Below, piece by piece: positions 1 to 9,810 of a stretch of DNA of 64,000 bases. This DNA is from a bacterium (GTDB lineage: Bacteria; Krumholzibacteriota; Krumholzibacteriia; LZORAL124-64-63): contig JAAEQC010000202.1 of the NCBI GenBank assembly GCA_024231905.1, forward strand, positions 5,422 through 69,421. Reading direction: 5' to 3'. Each line of letters opens with the position of its first letter. The first letter of the stretch is position 1. The notes below the pieces were generated by a model that was not told the DNA's origin, ran no database searches, and was given only the letters and a program-made list of their open reading frames with translations. The position numbers and the translations under genes were made by a program.

Positions 1-471
1 GTGCACCGGGACGGCGACCGGTCCGTCCTCGACTTCCCATCCCGGCCGGCCGAGCCCATGGACACGCCCGCCGGACTGGCCGACATCCTGGGCACCGAGC
101 CCGTGGCAGTGGGGCATTCACGCGACCTGCTGGTGGAGTTGGCCGACGAGAACGCCGTGCGGTCCTTGACCCCGAACATCCCGGCCATGGCGGCCCTCGA
201 TTACCTGGGCATCATCGTCACCGCCTGCGGCGCCGAGGCCGACTTCGTGTCGCGCTTCTTCGCCCCCCGCGCCGGCATCGACGAGGACCCGGTCACCGGC
301 TCGGCCCACTGTACGCTGGTGCCCTGGTGGGCGGAACGGCTCGACCGCGACGAGATGACGGCCCACCAGGTCTCCACGCGCTTCGGCGACTTGGCCTGCC
401 GCCTGGCGGGTGACAGGGTACAGATGGGTGGCCACGCCGTGACCTACCAGCGGGGTGAAGTCGTCGTCTAG
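1..471 (+). CDS. PhzF-family isomerase (5'-truncated by window edge)
   Basis: DFVSRFFAPRAGIDEDPVTGSAHC is the PhzF/diaminopimelate-epimerase-like C-terminal motif. Confidence 0.9.
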   Translation: MHRDGDRSVLDFPSRPAEPMDTPAGLADILGTEPVAVGHSRDLLVELADENAVRSLTPNIPAMAALDYLGIIVTACGAEADFVSRFFAPRAGIDEDPVTGSAHCTLVPWWAERLDRDEMTAHQVSTRFGDLACRLAGDRVQMGGHAVTYQRGEVVV

Positions 472-887
472 AGCCCCGCCAGCGCCGCCCGCGTCAGCTC
501 CGAAAACGTCACACCCTTGAGGCCGGCCATGGACAGCGCCATGCGCTCGATCTCGCCGGCCGTTCCCTTGAGCACGATGGTCTCCAGGCAGGTATCGTGG
601 TCCAGGTGGACGTGGGTCGTGCACAGGACGTGCACGTAGTGGTCGTGCTGGATGCGGTGGAGCCGGTCCTTCAGGCCCCGGCGATGGTGGTCGTAGGCGA
701 TGGTGAGCACGCCGTGGACCTCGCCGCCCTCCTGCTCCCACTTCCGGTCCGCCAGCCGGCCGCGGACGAGATCCCGCACCAGTTCCGAGCGCGAATCATA
801 GCCGCCGGAGACCAGGCGCCGGTCCATCTCGTCCATGAGTGGGTCGGGCAGGGAAACCGTGAAGCGGCGGGTGGTGTCGGCGGCCAT
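468..887 (-). CDS. nikR: Nickel-responsive transcriptional regulator NikR
   Basis: N-terminal ribbon-helix-helix (RFTVSLP...YDSRSELVRDLVR) and C-terminal Ni site (YDHH, HVHLDHDTCLE); start placed at ATG 887. Confidence 0.93.
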   Translation of the reverse strand: MAADTTRRFTVSLPDPLMDEMDRRLVSGGYDSRSELVRDLVRGRLADRKWEQEGGEVHGVLTIAYDHHRRGLKDRLHRIQHDHYVHVLCTTHVHLDHDTCLETIVLKGTAGEIERMALSMAGLKGVTFSELTRAALAGL

Positions 888-888
888 C

Positions 889-1662
889 TCAGCTCCAGTC
901 GTGGGTGTGGTAGTGACGGTGCTCCTGATCCCCGTGCCGGTGGCGGTGGGTGTGCACCAGGTTGGCCCGATACAGCACCTCGGTATCTTCCCGCAGCGAG
1001 GCCACATCCCCGTCGTGGAGCAGAGTGTGGTCCTCGCCCAGCACCAGGCAGCGCTCGCCCAGCTCCGTGGCCAGGGACAGGTTGTGGGTCGCGACGACCA
1101 GGGTTTGGGGCAGGTCCTGGAGGAAGTCCACCAGCCAGCCGGTGGAGCGCGGATCCAGGGCGGCGGTGGGTTCGTCCAGCAGCAGCAAGCGCGGTGAAAG
1201 GGCCAGCAACGCGGCCAGGCAGACGAGCTGCTTCTGGCCCGCGCTCAGGGTGTAGGGCGCGTGATCCAGCAGGTCCTCCACACCCACCTGGGCGGCCCAG
1301 TGGCGGGCGCGATCGTCGGCGTCGGGCAAGTCGTGCTGGCGGGGACCGAAGGCGATCTCGTCCCTCACCGTCGGGTTGAAGAGCATGGCCTCGGGATTCT
1401 GGAAGAGCAGGCCCACCTCGCGGCGGAAACGGCGGCGGACCGTCTTGTCGCGCAGGGCCGCCGGCGAGACCTGGTGGCCGTCGTAGAGGACGTGGCCGCC
1501 GCCCGGTTCCAGCAGTCCGGTTAGGATCTTCAGCAGCGTCGTCTTGCCGCACCCGTTGCTGCCCAGGAGGACGATCTTCTCCCCAGCGTCGATGGAGGCG
1601 TCCACATCCACCAGAGTCGTGCGCTTTCCATAAGCGTGGCTCAACTTCTCAATCGCGATCAA
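889..1662 (-). CDS. ECF-type Ni/Co transporter ATPase (NikO/CbiO)
   Basis: Walker A GSNGCGKTT, LFQNPE Q-loop, LLLDEPT Walker B; His-rich C-tail; operon context. Confidence 0.9.
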   Translation of the reverse strand: MIAIEKLSHAYGKRTTLVDVDASIDAGEKIVLLGSNGCGKTTLLKILTGLLEPGGGHVLYDGHQVSPAALRDKTVRRRFRREVGLLFQNPEAMLFNPTVRDEIAFGPRQHDLPDADDRARHWAAQVGVEDLLDHAPYTLSAGQKQLVCLAALLALSPRLLLLDEPTAALDPRSTGWLVDFLQDLPQTLVVATHNLSLATELGERCLVLGEDHTLLHDGDVASLREDTEVLYRANLVHTHRHRHGDQEHRHYHTHDWS

Positions 1663-2206
1663 GGAAGAACCCCCTCGCGGTCAGGGCCTGGGTGATCTCG
1701 GTGGCATCATGCTCGGCCCGGCGCAGGAAGAAGGCGCCCAGGGCCGCGCCCTGCCGCAGCGACGTGCGCAGCCCCGGCCGGCGGGTCGTGCGGGCGGCGA
1801 GGGCCTGCTCGAAGTCTCCGAAGAGGCGGCGGAAGGCCAGCACTTGACTCGTGGCCAGGATCAGGACGAAGCGCAGGGTCGGCGAGAAGCCCAGCGCCCG
1901 CTGGAGATCGATGGCCGGCAGGATCCGGAAGACAAGCACGACCAGGAAGAACAAGCGGGCGTTCACCAGGGGCAGGACCCGTCCCGCCGCGGACAGGTCG
2001 CCCTTGCTCACGATCAGGAAGCCCAGGTTTATCGCCACCAGGAACGGTAGAGCGGCGCGTAGGGCGCGCACCCATGATTGCGGGCGGCGGCCGAACTCCG
2101 TGGCCGTCACCGTGAGGGCCCCGGCCAGCAGCAGGCGCGCGTCGTGAACCAGCGTCGCGGTCACCACCAGCACCAGGTAGACCAGCAGGAGCAGTCGGTC
2201 CTTCAT
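1649..2206 (-). CDS. ECF transporter T component (NikQ/CbiQ-like)
   Basis: Hydrophobic ORF from MKDRLLLL; C-terminal ALTARGF motif; lies between the S component and the ATPase. Confidence 0.75.
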   Translation of the reverse strand: MKDRLLLLVYLVLVVTATLVHDARLLLAGALTVTATEFGRRPQSWVRALRAALPFLVAINLGFLIVSKGDLSAAGRVLPLVNARLFFLVVLVFRILPAIDLQRALGFSPTLRFVLILATSQVLAFRRLFGDFEQALAARTTRRPGLRTSLRQGAALGAFFLRRAEHDATEITQALTARGFFLDRD

Positions 2207-2841
2207 GGTGCGTCCTCCCCGGGCGCCAGCGCCCGCCACGCCAGCACCGCCAGCACCCCGTCGGCCACGCCTACCAGCAGGTGGGGCAGGACCACCGCCG
2301 GCACGGTCACCGCCCAGCCGAAGGGGAAAAAGAGTGGCGTGCCCTCGGCGTCGTGAGCCAGGAGCGGCTGCGCGCCCAGGACGAAGGCCACCAGGACCGC
2401 CGGCACCACGGTCCCGCACCAACCGGCCAGGAAGACCGCCGGCCGGGGCCAGCGTCCGCACGCTCGGTGCACCGCCACCGCCGCCGCGGTGCCGCCAAGC
2501 CCCGCCGTGAGAGCCATGACCGGCAAGGCAGTCACTCCGCCGTCGCCGAACATGAGGGCCTGCAGGAGGTACACCAGGGACAGGGCCAGGAACCCGTGCC
2601 ACACACCGAAGAGCACGGCGATCATGCCGATCCCCGTCACGTGGACGGTGGTGCCGCCGGGCAAGGGCACCGTCACCAGCATGAGGGCGAAGGACGCCGC
2701 CGTGGCCACCGCCAACCGCGGCACCGCCGCCGGGTCGAGAGTGCGGCGCAGGCGGCGCAGGCCCACGGCCCACAGCACGCCGGCGACCCCGTAGGCGGGG
2801 CCGTAGGTCTGGGGTCCCAGGAAGCCGTCGGGGATGTGCAC
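2203..2841 (-). CDS. ECF transporter S component NikM/CbiM
   Basis: Diagnostic N-terminus MHIPDGFL; PGGTTVH; multiple TM helices. Confidence 0.92.
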   Translation of the reverse strand: MHIPDGFLGPQTYGPAYGVAGVLWAVGLRRLRRTLDPAAVPRLAVATAASFALMLVTVPLPGGTTVHVTGIGMIAVLFGVWHGFLALSLVYLLQALMFGDGGVTALPVMALTAGLGGTAAAVAVHRACGRWPRPAVFLAGWCGTVVPAVLVAFVLGAQPLLAHDAEGTPLFFPFGWAVTVPAVVLPHLLVGVADGVLAVLAWRALAPGEDAP

Positions 2842-2842
2842 G

Positions 2843-3256
2843 TCAGCGGCGCATGCGTCCGGCGAAGCGGATCACCGCCAGGACCACCGCCGCGATGACG
2901 ATCCACCTGATCCACGGGCTGCGCCCGGGAGCGGGAGCGGGCGGTCCGGCCGCGAGATCCTCGTCCACCGGCACCATGACCTCGCCGCCGTGGCCGTCGG
3001 GAGCGAAGACGCGCACCTTCCAGTCGCCCGTCCGGTCGGGGGCGAAGACCGTCTGGCCCCGGGCGTCGCAGAAGCCGCGTGACCAGGTCGCGCCCTCCGG
3101 GTCCAGGACCGTGAAGGCCCAGCCCTCGGCCGCGCCGCCGTCGTGGTCCTCGAAGGTGACGATGACCGCGCCGCGCATCTGAAAAGTGCCGTGGGATTCA
3201 TGGGCCGCGGCGCCGGAGGCGAGCAGGGCGAGGGCGCAGATGAGGAAGGGACGCAT
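2843..3256 (-). CDS. Small exported, membrane-anchored accessory protein of the Ni transporter (NikL/CbiL-like)
   Basis: Signal peptide followed by HESHG, Ig-like DGHG segment and C-terminal TM; first gene of the operon. Confidence 0.65.
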   Translation of the reverse strand: MRPFLICALALLASGAAAHESHGTFQMRGAVIVTFEDHDGGAAEGWAFTVLDPEGATWSRGFCDARGQTVFAPDRTGDWKVRVFAPDGHGGEVMVPVDEDLAAGPPAPAPGRSPWIRWIVIAAVVLAVIRFAGRMRR

Positions 3257-3273
3257 GGGTGGCCTTTCGTTCA

Positions 3274-3300
3274 GTATTACGATACTGAAGATCGTAACAC
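3274..3300. promoter_or_regulatory. Putative NikR operator
   Basis: GTATTACGAT-N7-ATCGTAACAC (9/10 inverted repeat; GTATTAC-N13-GTAACAC) just upstream of the nik operon. Confidence 0.75.
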
Positions 3301-3349
3301 CGTCGGCCCTGCGGCGTCAATTGTACGGCTTTGGTGGCAGGCCGGTCAC

Positions 3350-3481
3350 TCAGCCCTGCAGCGCGACGACCGGCTCGTAGAGGACATCCTCGAACTGCCG
3401 GTGCCTCCACATGCGGCCCGTGATCCTGATGACGACCACGTCCCCGTTCTCCTTGAATGACACTTTGAATGATCCGGCCAT
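3350..3481 (-). pseudogene. 43-aa ORF resembling the N-terminus of a STAS anti-sigma-factor antagonist (truncated)
   Basis: Hand translation MAGSFKVSFKENGDVVVIRITGRMWRHRQFEDVLYEPVVALQG*; directly downstream of a SpoIIE phosphatase. Confidence 0.4.
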
Positions 3482-3532
3482 GTCGTGCCCCCCCGCTCGC
3501 AGACGAATCGCTGCGATCATCCCACCGCCGTC

Positions 3533-5131
3533 TCAGGACGGCTCGGTCCACTCCCGCCGCCGCCGCACCAACAGGAGGGTCGTGTCGTCCGTGGTGTGGC
3601 CCCCCTGGACGAACGTCGTGATCTCCTCGAAGAGGAGGTCGATGATCCCGGTCAGGTCCTTCCCACGATGCTCGAGGATGACCGCCTCGGCCCGATCGCG
3701 CCCGAAGAATTCGTCCCCGTGGATCGTGGCGTCCTCGACGCCGTCGCTGAACACGGCCAGCAGATCGCCCGGCGCCAGCTGGGTCACCTCGCCGCTGCAC
3801 GAGAACTCCTTGAACATCCCGACCGGGCCGCCGGTGGGCTCCAATTTCTCCACGGTCCCGTCCGCCCGCACGAGCATGGGCTGAACATGTCCGGCGTTGA
3901 CGTACCGGAGCCGCCCGGTGGCCAAGTTCAATTCCCCCACGAAGGCCGTGACGAACCGCTCCAGGGCCAGCTTGGGCTCCAGACTGTGGTGGAGCCGTTC
4001 CGCCAGGGTGCAGGGACAGTCGCAGAACCCGTCCAGGGCCGGCAGGAGCACAGAGCAGGCGGCCATGGTGAGGGCCGCGGGCAATCCCTTGCCGGCCACA
4101 TCGCCGAGGGCGATCAGGACCTTCCCCTCCTGCGGTTCGCCCACGTGGTAGAAGTCGCCGCCGATGGCGAAACAGGACACCAGGCGCGCCGCCACCTCGT
4201 AGTCCGGCATGTCCGGGATCCGGCTCGGGCACATGCGCCGCTGGATCCGCCGGGCCACCAACAGCTCGTGCTCCATCTCCCAGTAGCTCAGCTTGATGGC
4301 GACGGCATTGGCGGTGGCCGTGAGGATCTCCAGGTCGTGGCGCTCGAACTGGATCGCTGCGTCGCGCGTGTCCACGTAGAGGATGCCCCGGACCCGCTTG
4401 TTGTCGAACAGGGGCACGGCCATGGCCGAGGTGAGACGCGCCTTGATGATGCTGTCGGACGAACTCTCGGTGATCAGGGACGGGTCGGCCAGCAGCAGGC
4501 TGGCCCGCTCATCGCACACCTTTTTCATGATCGTGGCGCTCAGCTGGACGTTCTCCAGGTCCTCCCCGTCGGCCGACCACGAGCCGGCCACCTTGTGTCG
4601 CGTGCCCGGACCGTCATCGAGCATGAGGGCTATGCGTCCGCAAGGGATCCAGCGGCTGACGAATCCGCAGGCCTCGTCCTCGAAGTCCTTGCCGCGTCCG
4701 TCCATGGCGATCAGGTCGAAGAGCGAGGAGAGCATCTCGCCGATGCGGGCGGACGACACCCCCACCAGGCCCTGGCGATCGTCGAAGTAGGTGTGCGAGG
4801 CGACGAGATCGTGGGAGGAACCGGGAGGCCGGGTGGCGTCGCCGACGGTCCAGACGACGATCAGGCTGGCGAGGTTGATCGTGCTGCCGGGGGGAGCCTC
4901 GGTTTCGGACCGGTCCGGGTCGACGGCCACTCCGCCGATGAAGGTCCCGTTGCTGGAGCCGAGATCGGACACGAACAAGCGGTCGCCGGCGATCCTGAGC
5001 CGGGCGTGCCGGGCGCTCACATCGGCGGGACTGACCCGGATGTCCGCATAACGGTCCCGTCCCACGACGTACTCGCCGTCCTGGAGATCGCGGGACCAGT
5101 TCTCTCCGGCATGGGACAGATACAGCTTCAC
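3533..5131 (-). CDS. FHA-GAF-SpoIIE (PP2C) Ser/Thr phosphatase
   Basis: FHA motifs GR..VSARHA..DLGSSNGT; GAF SAMAVPL..GILYVD; PP2C GGDFY, GDVAGKG, NAGH, FSDG, DDTT. Confidence 0.92.
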   Translation of the reverse strand: MKLYLSHAGENWSRDLQDGEYVVGRDRYADIRVSPADVSARHARLRIAGDRLFVSDLGSSNGTFIGGVAVDPDRSETEAPPGSTINLASLIVVWTVGDATRPPGSSHDLVASHTYFDDRQGLVGVSSARIGEMLSSLFDLIAMDGRGKDFEDEACGFVSRWIPCGRIALMLDDGPGTRHKVAGSWSADGEDLENVQLSATIMKKVCDERASLLLADPSLITESSSDSIIKARLTSAMAVPLFDNKRVRGILYVDTRDAAIQFERHDLEILTATANAVAIKLSYWEMEHELLVARRIQRRMCPSRIPDMPDYEVAARLVSCFAIGGDFYHVGEPQEGKVLIALGDVAGKGLPAALTMAACSVLLPALDGFCDCPCTLAERLHHSLEPKLALERFVTAFVGELNLATGRLRYVNAGHVQPMLVRADGTVEKLEPTGGPVGMFKEFSCSGEVTQLAPGDLLAVFSDGVEDATIHGDEFFGRDRAEAVILEHRGKDLTGIIDLLFEEITTFVQGGHTTDDTTLLLVRRRREWTEPS

Positions 5132-5341
5132 GGTACCCCCCGCAGAACAGGAAAACCGATCCGGTTTCCTGCTACGCTCCCTCCTCGGTCCATCCTAGCA
5201 CAATCCGGGCTTTCGGATGGGAATCGTCGTCAAGGAGGCCCCCGGGGACCCTGGGGGGACCGCTAGCCGGCTGGCGGCCTTACGTTTATCGACTGTAATA
5301 CAATGGGTTACGTGTTTGATAAATACAGCGCAATGATTATG

Positions 5342-6922
5342 TTAAGCCGGTCGCCGCACCTTCGGCAACAAGAGCAGCACCACTGCCCCTGCCACCAACG
5401 ACACCGCCGCCGGCACGCCGAACCCCGCCGGTACGAACCCCACCACGGACGCCACCGCCGCCGCGATCAGCGCGAACGGGATCTGGGTCCGCACGTGGTC
5501 GTGGGGTTCCACGCCGCAGGAAATGGACGAGACGATGGTCGTGTCCGAGAAGGGCGAACAATGGTCGCCGAAGACGGCTCCCGAGAATACCGCCGCCACG
5601 GTCACGTGCAGGAACGTGTTCTGGAATCCCGGGTCCGCCCCGGCCACCGCCCCCGCGGCAGCGGGCACCGCCAGGGGGAAGAGGATGCCCATGGTGCCCC
5701 AGGATGTTCCCGTGGCGAAGCTCACCACGGCGCCGGTCAGGAAGACCAGCAACGGCACGAGCGCAGAGGTCCCGGCCGCCGCTGCAGCCCGCGCCAGCAG
5801 TTCGGCCGTGCCCAGGGCGCCGATGGTGGAGCCCAGCATCCAGGCCGCCACCAGGATGATCACCGGACCGAGCATGGCCGCAGCGCCGCCCACGAAGGCC
5901 CGGCCGGCCGCCGCCGGCCGCCGCGTTGCCGGTCCCGGGAAGAGGGCCGCAGCCACCAGCGACGCCACCACTCCGGCCAGGACCATGACCAACGGTCCCG
6001 CGTCCGACCCGAAGGCCGCCACGATCTTCGCCCGGGTGACCGGTACCAGGGGGCCATCGGTCCCCAGCACGTAGAAGCCGCTGAAGAAGACGGCCAGGAG
6101 CACGCCCAGCGGCACCAGGGCGCTCGCCGCCGGTCCACCCGCGACCTCGCCGTCCTCCTTCCCTCCGCCGGCCCGCGCCTTCTCCTCGAAATCGCCCATG
6201 GGCCCGGGATTCCAGCGGAAGCGGATGGACACGAAGAGCAGCACCAAGGTGAACCAGCAGTGGAAGTTGTAGGGCAGCGAGCGCAGGAAGACCGCGTAGG
6301 GATTCACGTCCCGGCCCGCCAGGGCGAAGGCTTCCTCGATCATGGAGAGCTGGAAGGCGATCCACGTGGACACCACCGCCACGCAGGCCACCGCCGAGGA
6401 GGTGGAGTCCACGATGTAGGCCAGCTTCACCCGGGAAGTGCCGCAGCGGTCGGCCAGGCGGCGCCCCACGCGGCCGACCATCATGCTGTTGGCCAGACCG
6501 TCGAAGAAGCAGAGCAGGCCGAGGCTCGCGGCAGCGGCCTGGAAGCGGCGGCTGGCGTCGCCGCCACCGGCGGTGAAGCGGGTCAGCAGAGTACGGAAGC
6601 CGCCCCCCACGTCGAGGACTGCCGCGAAGCCGCCCAGGACCAGGGTGAAGGCGATGGCGCCCGTCTTCCAGCTCGACCCGAGGTTCGGCGCCAGGTGCTC
6701 CGCCCACAGGGCCAACCAGGCCTGCCAGGGATCACCTCCGGAAAGGATGACCGCGCCACAGAAGGCGCCCGTGAGCAGTCCGGCCAGGGCATGGCGGGTG
6801 GCCAGGATGACCGCCAGGGCCACCACCGGGGGCCAGAGGGCGCGCAGAGCCACATCGCTCCAGGCCAGAGGCCAGGTGGCGAGCACGGCCAGCGTGGCGA
6901 TCCAGGTGGTGGAGCGGTGCAT
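5342..6922 (-). CDS. NhaC-family Na+/H+ antiporter-like transporter
   Basis: KLAYIVDSTS, SFATGTSWGT, GDHCSPFSDTTI, HVRTQIP motifs. Confidence 0.88.
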   Translation of the reverse strand: MHRSTTWIATLAVLATWPLAWSDVALRALWPPVVALAVILATRHALAGLLTGAFCGAVILSGGDPWQAWLALWAEHLAPNLGSSWKTGAIAFTLVLGGFAAVLDVGGGFRTLLTRFTAGGGDASRRFQAAAASLGLLCFFDGLANSMMVGRVGRRLADRCGTSRVKLAYIVDSTSSAVACVAVVSTWIAFQLSMIEEAFALAGRDVNPYAVFLRSLPYNFHCWFTLVLLFVSIRFRWNPGPMGDFEEKARAGGGKEDGEVAGGPAASALVPLGVLLAVFFSGFYVLGTDGPLVPVTRAKIVAAFGSDAGPLVMVLAGVVASLVAAALFPGPATRRPAAAGRAFVGGAAAMLGPVIILVAAWMLGSTIGALGTAELLARAAAAAGTSALVPLLVFLTGAVVSFATGTSWGTMGILFPLAVPAAAGAVAGADPGFQNTFLHVTVAAVFSGAVFGDHCSPFSDTTIVSSISCGVEPHDHVRTQIPFALIAAAVASVVGFVPAGFGVPAAVSLVAGAVVLLLLPKVRRPA

Positions 6923-6945
6923 CGGTCGCCTCTCGCCGGTTCCGG

Positions 6946-7695
6946 CTACTTCGAGATCTTGTCCAGCAGACCCTCGGCCTGCTTCTTCGCCTCGTCTTCC
7001 GCCATGTCACGTACCTTCTGCTCCACGCCCGCCTTGGCGACCTCGGCCGCGGCCTTCTTCGTCAGGGCGCCCAGTACAGCCTGGGCGATCTGGTCGGGCC
7101 GTGCCCCCGCGGCGCCGCCGATGTCGTCGAGCCGGATCACCGGCAGAACCAGCGTGCGGGCTTCCAGGCCCAGCGCTGAGGCGTCCGCGTTGATGCGGCC
7201 CTCCTCGAAGACGAACCGCTTGATGCGGATCCGCTTGAGATCCTCGTCCCCACCGCCGCCGGCAGTGCCGCCGTCACCCGCACCGGCGGAGTCGGCGAAG
7301 CGCTGCACGTTCTGCTGCAGTTGCTGGATGTTCAAGGTCCCGTTCTCCAGGAATTCCGCGCTGACCACCGGCGCCTGCACGACGATCTCGTCGATGACGA
7401 GGGGCTCGTCGCGTAGGCTCTCCAGGTCCATGTCCACGGTGATCTCACCCAGGGTGAAAGCCTCGCCGGCGTCGTACCCGTCCGGGCTGGCAATGCTGAG
7501 TCCGGCCAGGGTGGCACGGCCTTCTCTCAGGGACAGGTCCACGCCGGAAACGGCAACCTCGGTGCCCACGGCTTCGCTACCGTGCTTCTCGATGAGCCCG
7601 GCGACGATGGAATTCAGGTTGGAAGCCAAGTAGCAGACGCCGAACCCGGCGATCACCACCAGGAGCACCAGGGCGATGAGCAGGACCTTCTTCAT
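6946..7695 (-). CDS. AsmA/DUF748-like membrane-anchored periplasmic protein
   Basis: N-terminal anchor MKKVLLIALVLLVVIAGFG followed by beta-rich AsmA-like sequence; start at ATG 7695 after GGAGG. Confidence 0.65.
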   Translation of the reverse strand: MKKVLLIALVLLVVIAGFGVCYLASNLNSIVAGLIEKHGSEAVGTEVAVSGVDLSLREGRATLAGLSIASPDGYDAGEAFTLGEITVDMDLESLRDEPLVIDEIVVQAPVVSAEFLENGTLNIQQLQQNVQRFADSAGAGDGGTAGGGGDEDLKRIRIKRFVFEEGRINADASALGLEARTLVLPVIRLDDIGGAAGARPDQIAQAVLGALTKKAAAEVAKAGVEQKVRDMAEDEAKKQAEGLLDKISK

Positions 7696-7791
7696 GGCGG
7701 AACCTCCTTGATCTGGGTCGTCGATAAACGTGTCCTCCCTCGCAGGGTAGCGGAGAACCCGGGATTCCTGAACTGAGGAGTTGTGCGCAAC

Positions 7792-7818
7792 GCAACCCTT
7801 CCGCCCCCACGTCGTCAA
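7792..7818 (+). promoter_or_regulatory. Possible ECF-type promoter for pepF
   Basis: GCAAC-N16-CGTCAA about 50 bp upstream of the ATG. Confidence 0.35.
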
Positions 7819-7869
7819 TACAGGACGATCTCGCTGCCCCGACGCGCACCGCACACCAAGGAGATACCC

Positions 7870-9780
7870 ATGTCCCACCGCCTCAGCGGCGCCGCGCGCC
7901 TGTTCCTGGCCGCCGCCCTCGTCCTGGTCGTCCTCGCCACCATGGCCCTGGCCAAGCCCGACACCCTGAATCGCGACGAGATTCCCGACGAGTTCAAGTG
8001 GGATCTGAGCGATATCTACGCGGACTGGGAAGCCTGGGAACGCGACATGGGTCGCATCGAAGCCATGGTCGAGGAGTACATGAGCCTGAAGGGCACCCTG
8101 GACCAGGGACCGGACCGCATCCTCGATGCCAGCGTCAAGGGCGACGAACTGGGCAAGCTGGCCGCCAAGCTCTACAAGTACCCGGCCCTGCAGAGCGTCA
8201 CCAACACCGCCGACAACGACATCGCCGCCCGCCTGCAGCAGGTGCAGATCCTCTTCGCCCGCTTCGGCACGGCCTTCTCCTGGTTCAATCCTGAGATGCT
8301 GGAGATTCCCTGGGAGACCATGGAGACCTGGCTGGACGACACGCCCGACCTGGAGCCCTACCGCTTCGGCATCGCCGACCTCTACCGCCAGCAGGAGCAC
8401 GTGCTGAGCGCGGACAAGGAGGAACTGCTCAGCTACTACAGCCAGGCCCTCGGCTCGCCGGCCGAGATCTACGGCGAGATCTCCACGTCGGACATCCAAT
8501 ACCCCGAAGTGACGCTGTCCGACGGCGAGACGGTCACCATGACGCCGGGACAGTACTACAACATCCTTGCCACCAACCGGAACCAGGATGACCGGCGCCT
8601 GGCCTTCGAGGCTTTCTACGGCGTCTATCACGAAAAGGCCAACACCTACGCCGCCATCTACAACGGCATCCTCCAGGGCAACTGGGCCTCGGCCCAGGCG
8701 CGCAACTACGACTCGACCCTGCAGGGAGCCCTGGACGGCAACGCCATCCCCACCTCGGTCTACGAGAACCTGGTGGAGATGGTGAACGATGGTGCCGAGC
8801 CCGTGCACCGCTACATTGCCCTGCGCAAGAAGGTCCTGGGGCTGGAGGAGTACCACGGCTACGACGGCAACGTCCCCCTGGTGGACTTCGATAAGACCTA
8901 TCCGTGGGAGACCATCCGTGACGACATCGTGGAATCGGTCGGCCCCCTGGGTCGCGACTACGTTTCGCTCATGGAGGAAGCCTTCTCCGGCGGCTGGGTG
9001 GACGTGTACGAGAACGAGGGCAAGCGGCCGGGCGCCTTCTCGTCCGGCGTCTACGGCGTGCACCCGTACATGCTGCTGAACTACAACGAGACCCTGGGCA
9101 GCTTCTTCACCGCCGCCCACGAGATGGGCCACACCCTGCACACCATGCTGGCCAACGAGAACCAGCCCTACGCCACGTCCGACTACACGATCTTCGTGGC
9201 CGAGGTGGCTTCAACGCTCAACGAGCGGCTGCTGCTGGACCACATGCTGGCCCGCACCGACGACCCCATGGAGCAAGTGGCTCTCCTGACCCACGCCATC
9301 GACGACATCGTCAGCACCTTCTACAGCCAGGTCATGTTCGCGGACTACGAACTGCAGGCCAACAAACTCGTCCAGCAGGGCGTACCCATCACCCGGGACG
9401 TGCTGACCCAGATCTACACGGAGGCCTGGGAGAACCAGAACGGACCGGCCGCCACCTTCGACGAGTTCTACGGCAGCACCTGGACCCGCATCAGCCACTT
9501 CTACGAGGCGCCGTACTACGTGTACCAGTACGCCACCTGCTATGCCTCGTCGGCCCAGATCTACCAGGACATCACCAGCCGCGATGGCGACGTGCGCGCC
9601 GGGGCCGTGGCCAGCTACCTGGACCTGCTGAAATCCGGCGGCAACGACCACCCCATGGAGCAGCTGAAGAAGGCAGGCGTGGATCTTTCCCAGCCCGACG
9701 CCTTCCAGGCCGTCATCGACAACCTGGACCGGCTGGTCACGCGGCTGGAGGCGGTCATGGAGGAGATGGAGCGGTCGTAG
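7870..9780 (+). CDS. pepF: Oligoendopeptidase F (M3B) with signal peptide
   Basis: WDLSDIY N-terminal motif, GKRPGAFS, HPYMLLNY, HEMGH zinc motif, AEVAS, YYVYQYA. Confidence 0.93.
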   Translation: MSHRLSGAARLFLAAALVLVVLATMALAKPDTLNRDEIPDEFKWDLSDIYADWEAWERDMGRIEAMVEEYMSLKGTLDQGPDRILDASVKGDELGKLAAKLYKYPALQSVTNTADNDIAARLQQVQILFARFGTAFSWFNPEMLEIPWETMETWLDDTPDLEPYRFGIADLYRQQEHVLSADKEELLSYYSQALGSPAEIYGEISTSDIQYPEVTLSDGETVTMTPGQYYNILATNRNQDDRRLAFEAFYGVYHEKANTYAAIYNGILQGNWASAQARNYDSTLQGALDGNAIPTSVYENLVEMVNDGAEPVHRYIALRKKVLGLEEYHGYDGNVPLVDFDKTYPWETIRDDIVESVGPLGRDYVSLMEEAFSGGWVDVYENEGKRPGAFSSGVYGVHPYMLLNYNETLGSFFTAAHEMGHTLHTMLANENQPYATSDYTIFVAEVASTLNERLLLDHMLARTDDPMEQVALLTHAIDDIVSTFYSQVMFADYELQANKLVQQGVPITRDVLTQIYTEAWENQNGPAATFDEFYGSTWTRISHFYEAPYYVYQYATCYASSAQIYQDITSRDGDVRAGAVASYLDLLKSGGNDHPMEQLKKAGVDLSQPDAFQAVIDNLDRLVTRLEAVMEEMERS

Positions 9781-9810
9781 GTCGCGCGAACAGCCTGAAC
9801 CGGCTCCGAA

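Noticed and set aside
3350-3352. Selenocysteine read-through of the STAS-like stub's TGA
   Set aside because: No Cys-type motif or SECIS hairpin, and another stop follows 11 codons later
6946-9141. 731-aa minus-strand ORF
   Set aside because: Only the last ~250 aa (from 7695) look real; the rest is antisense to pepF
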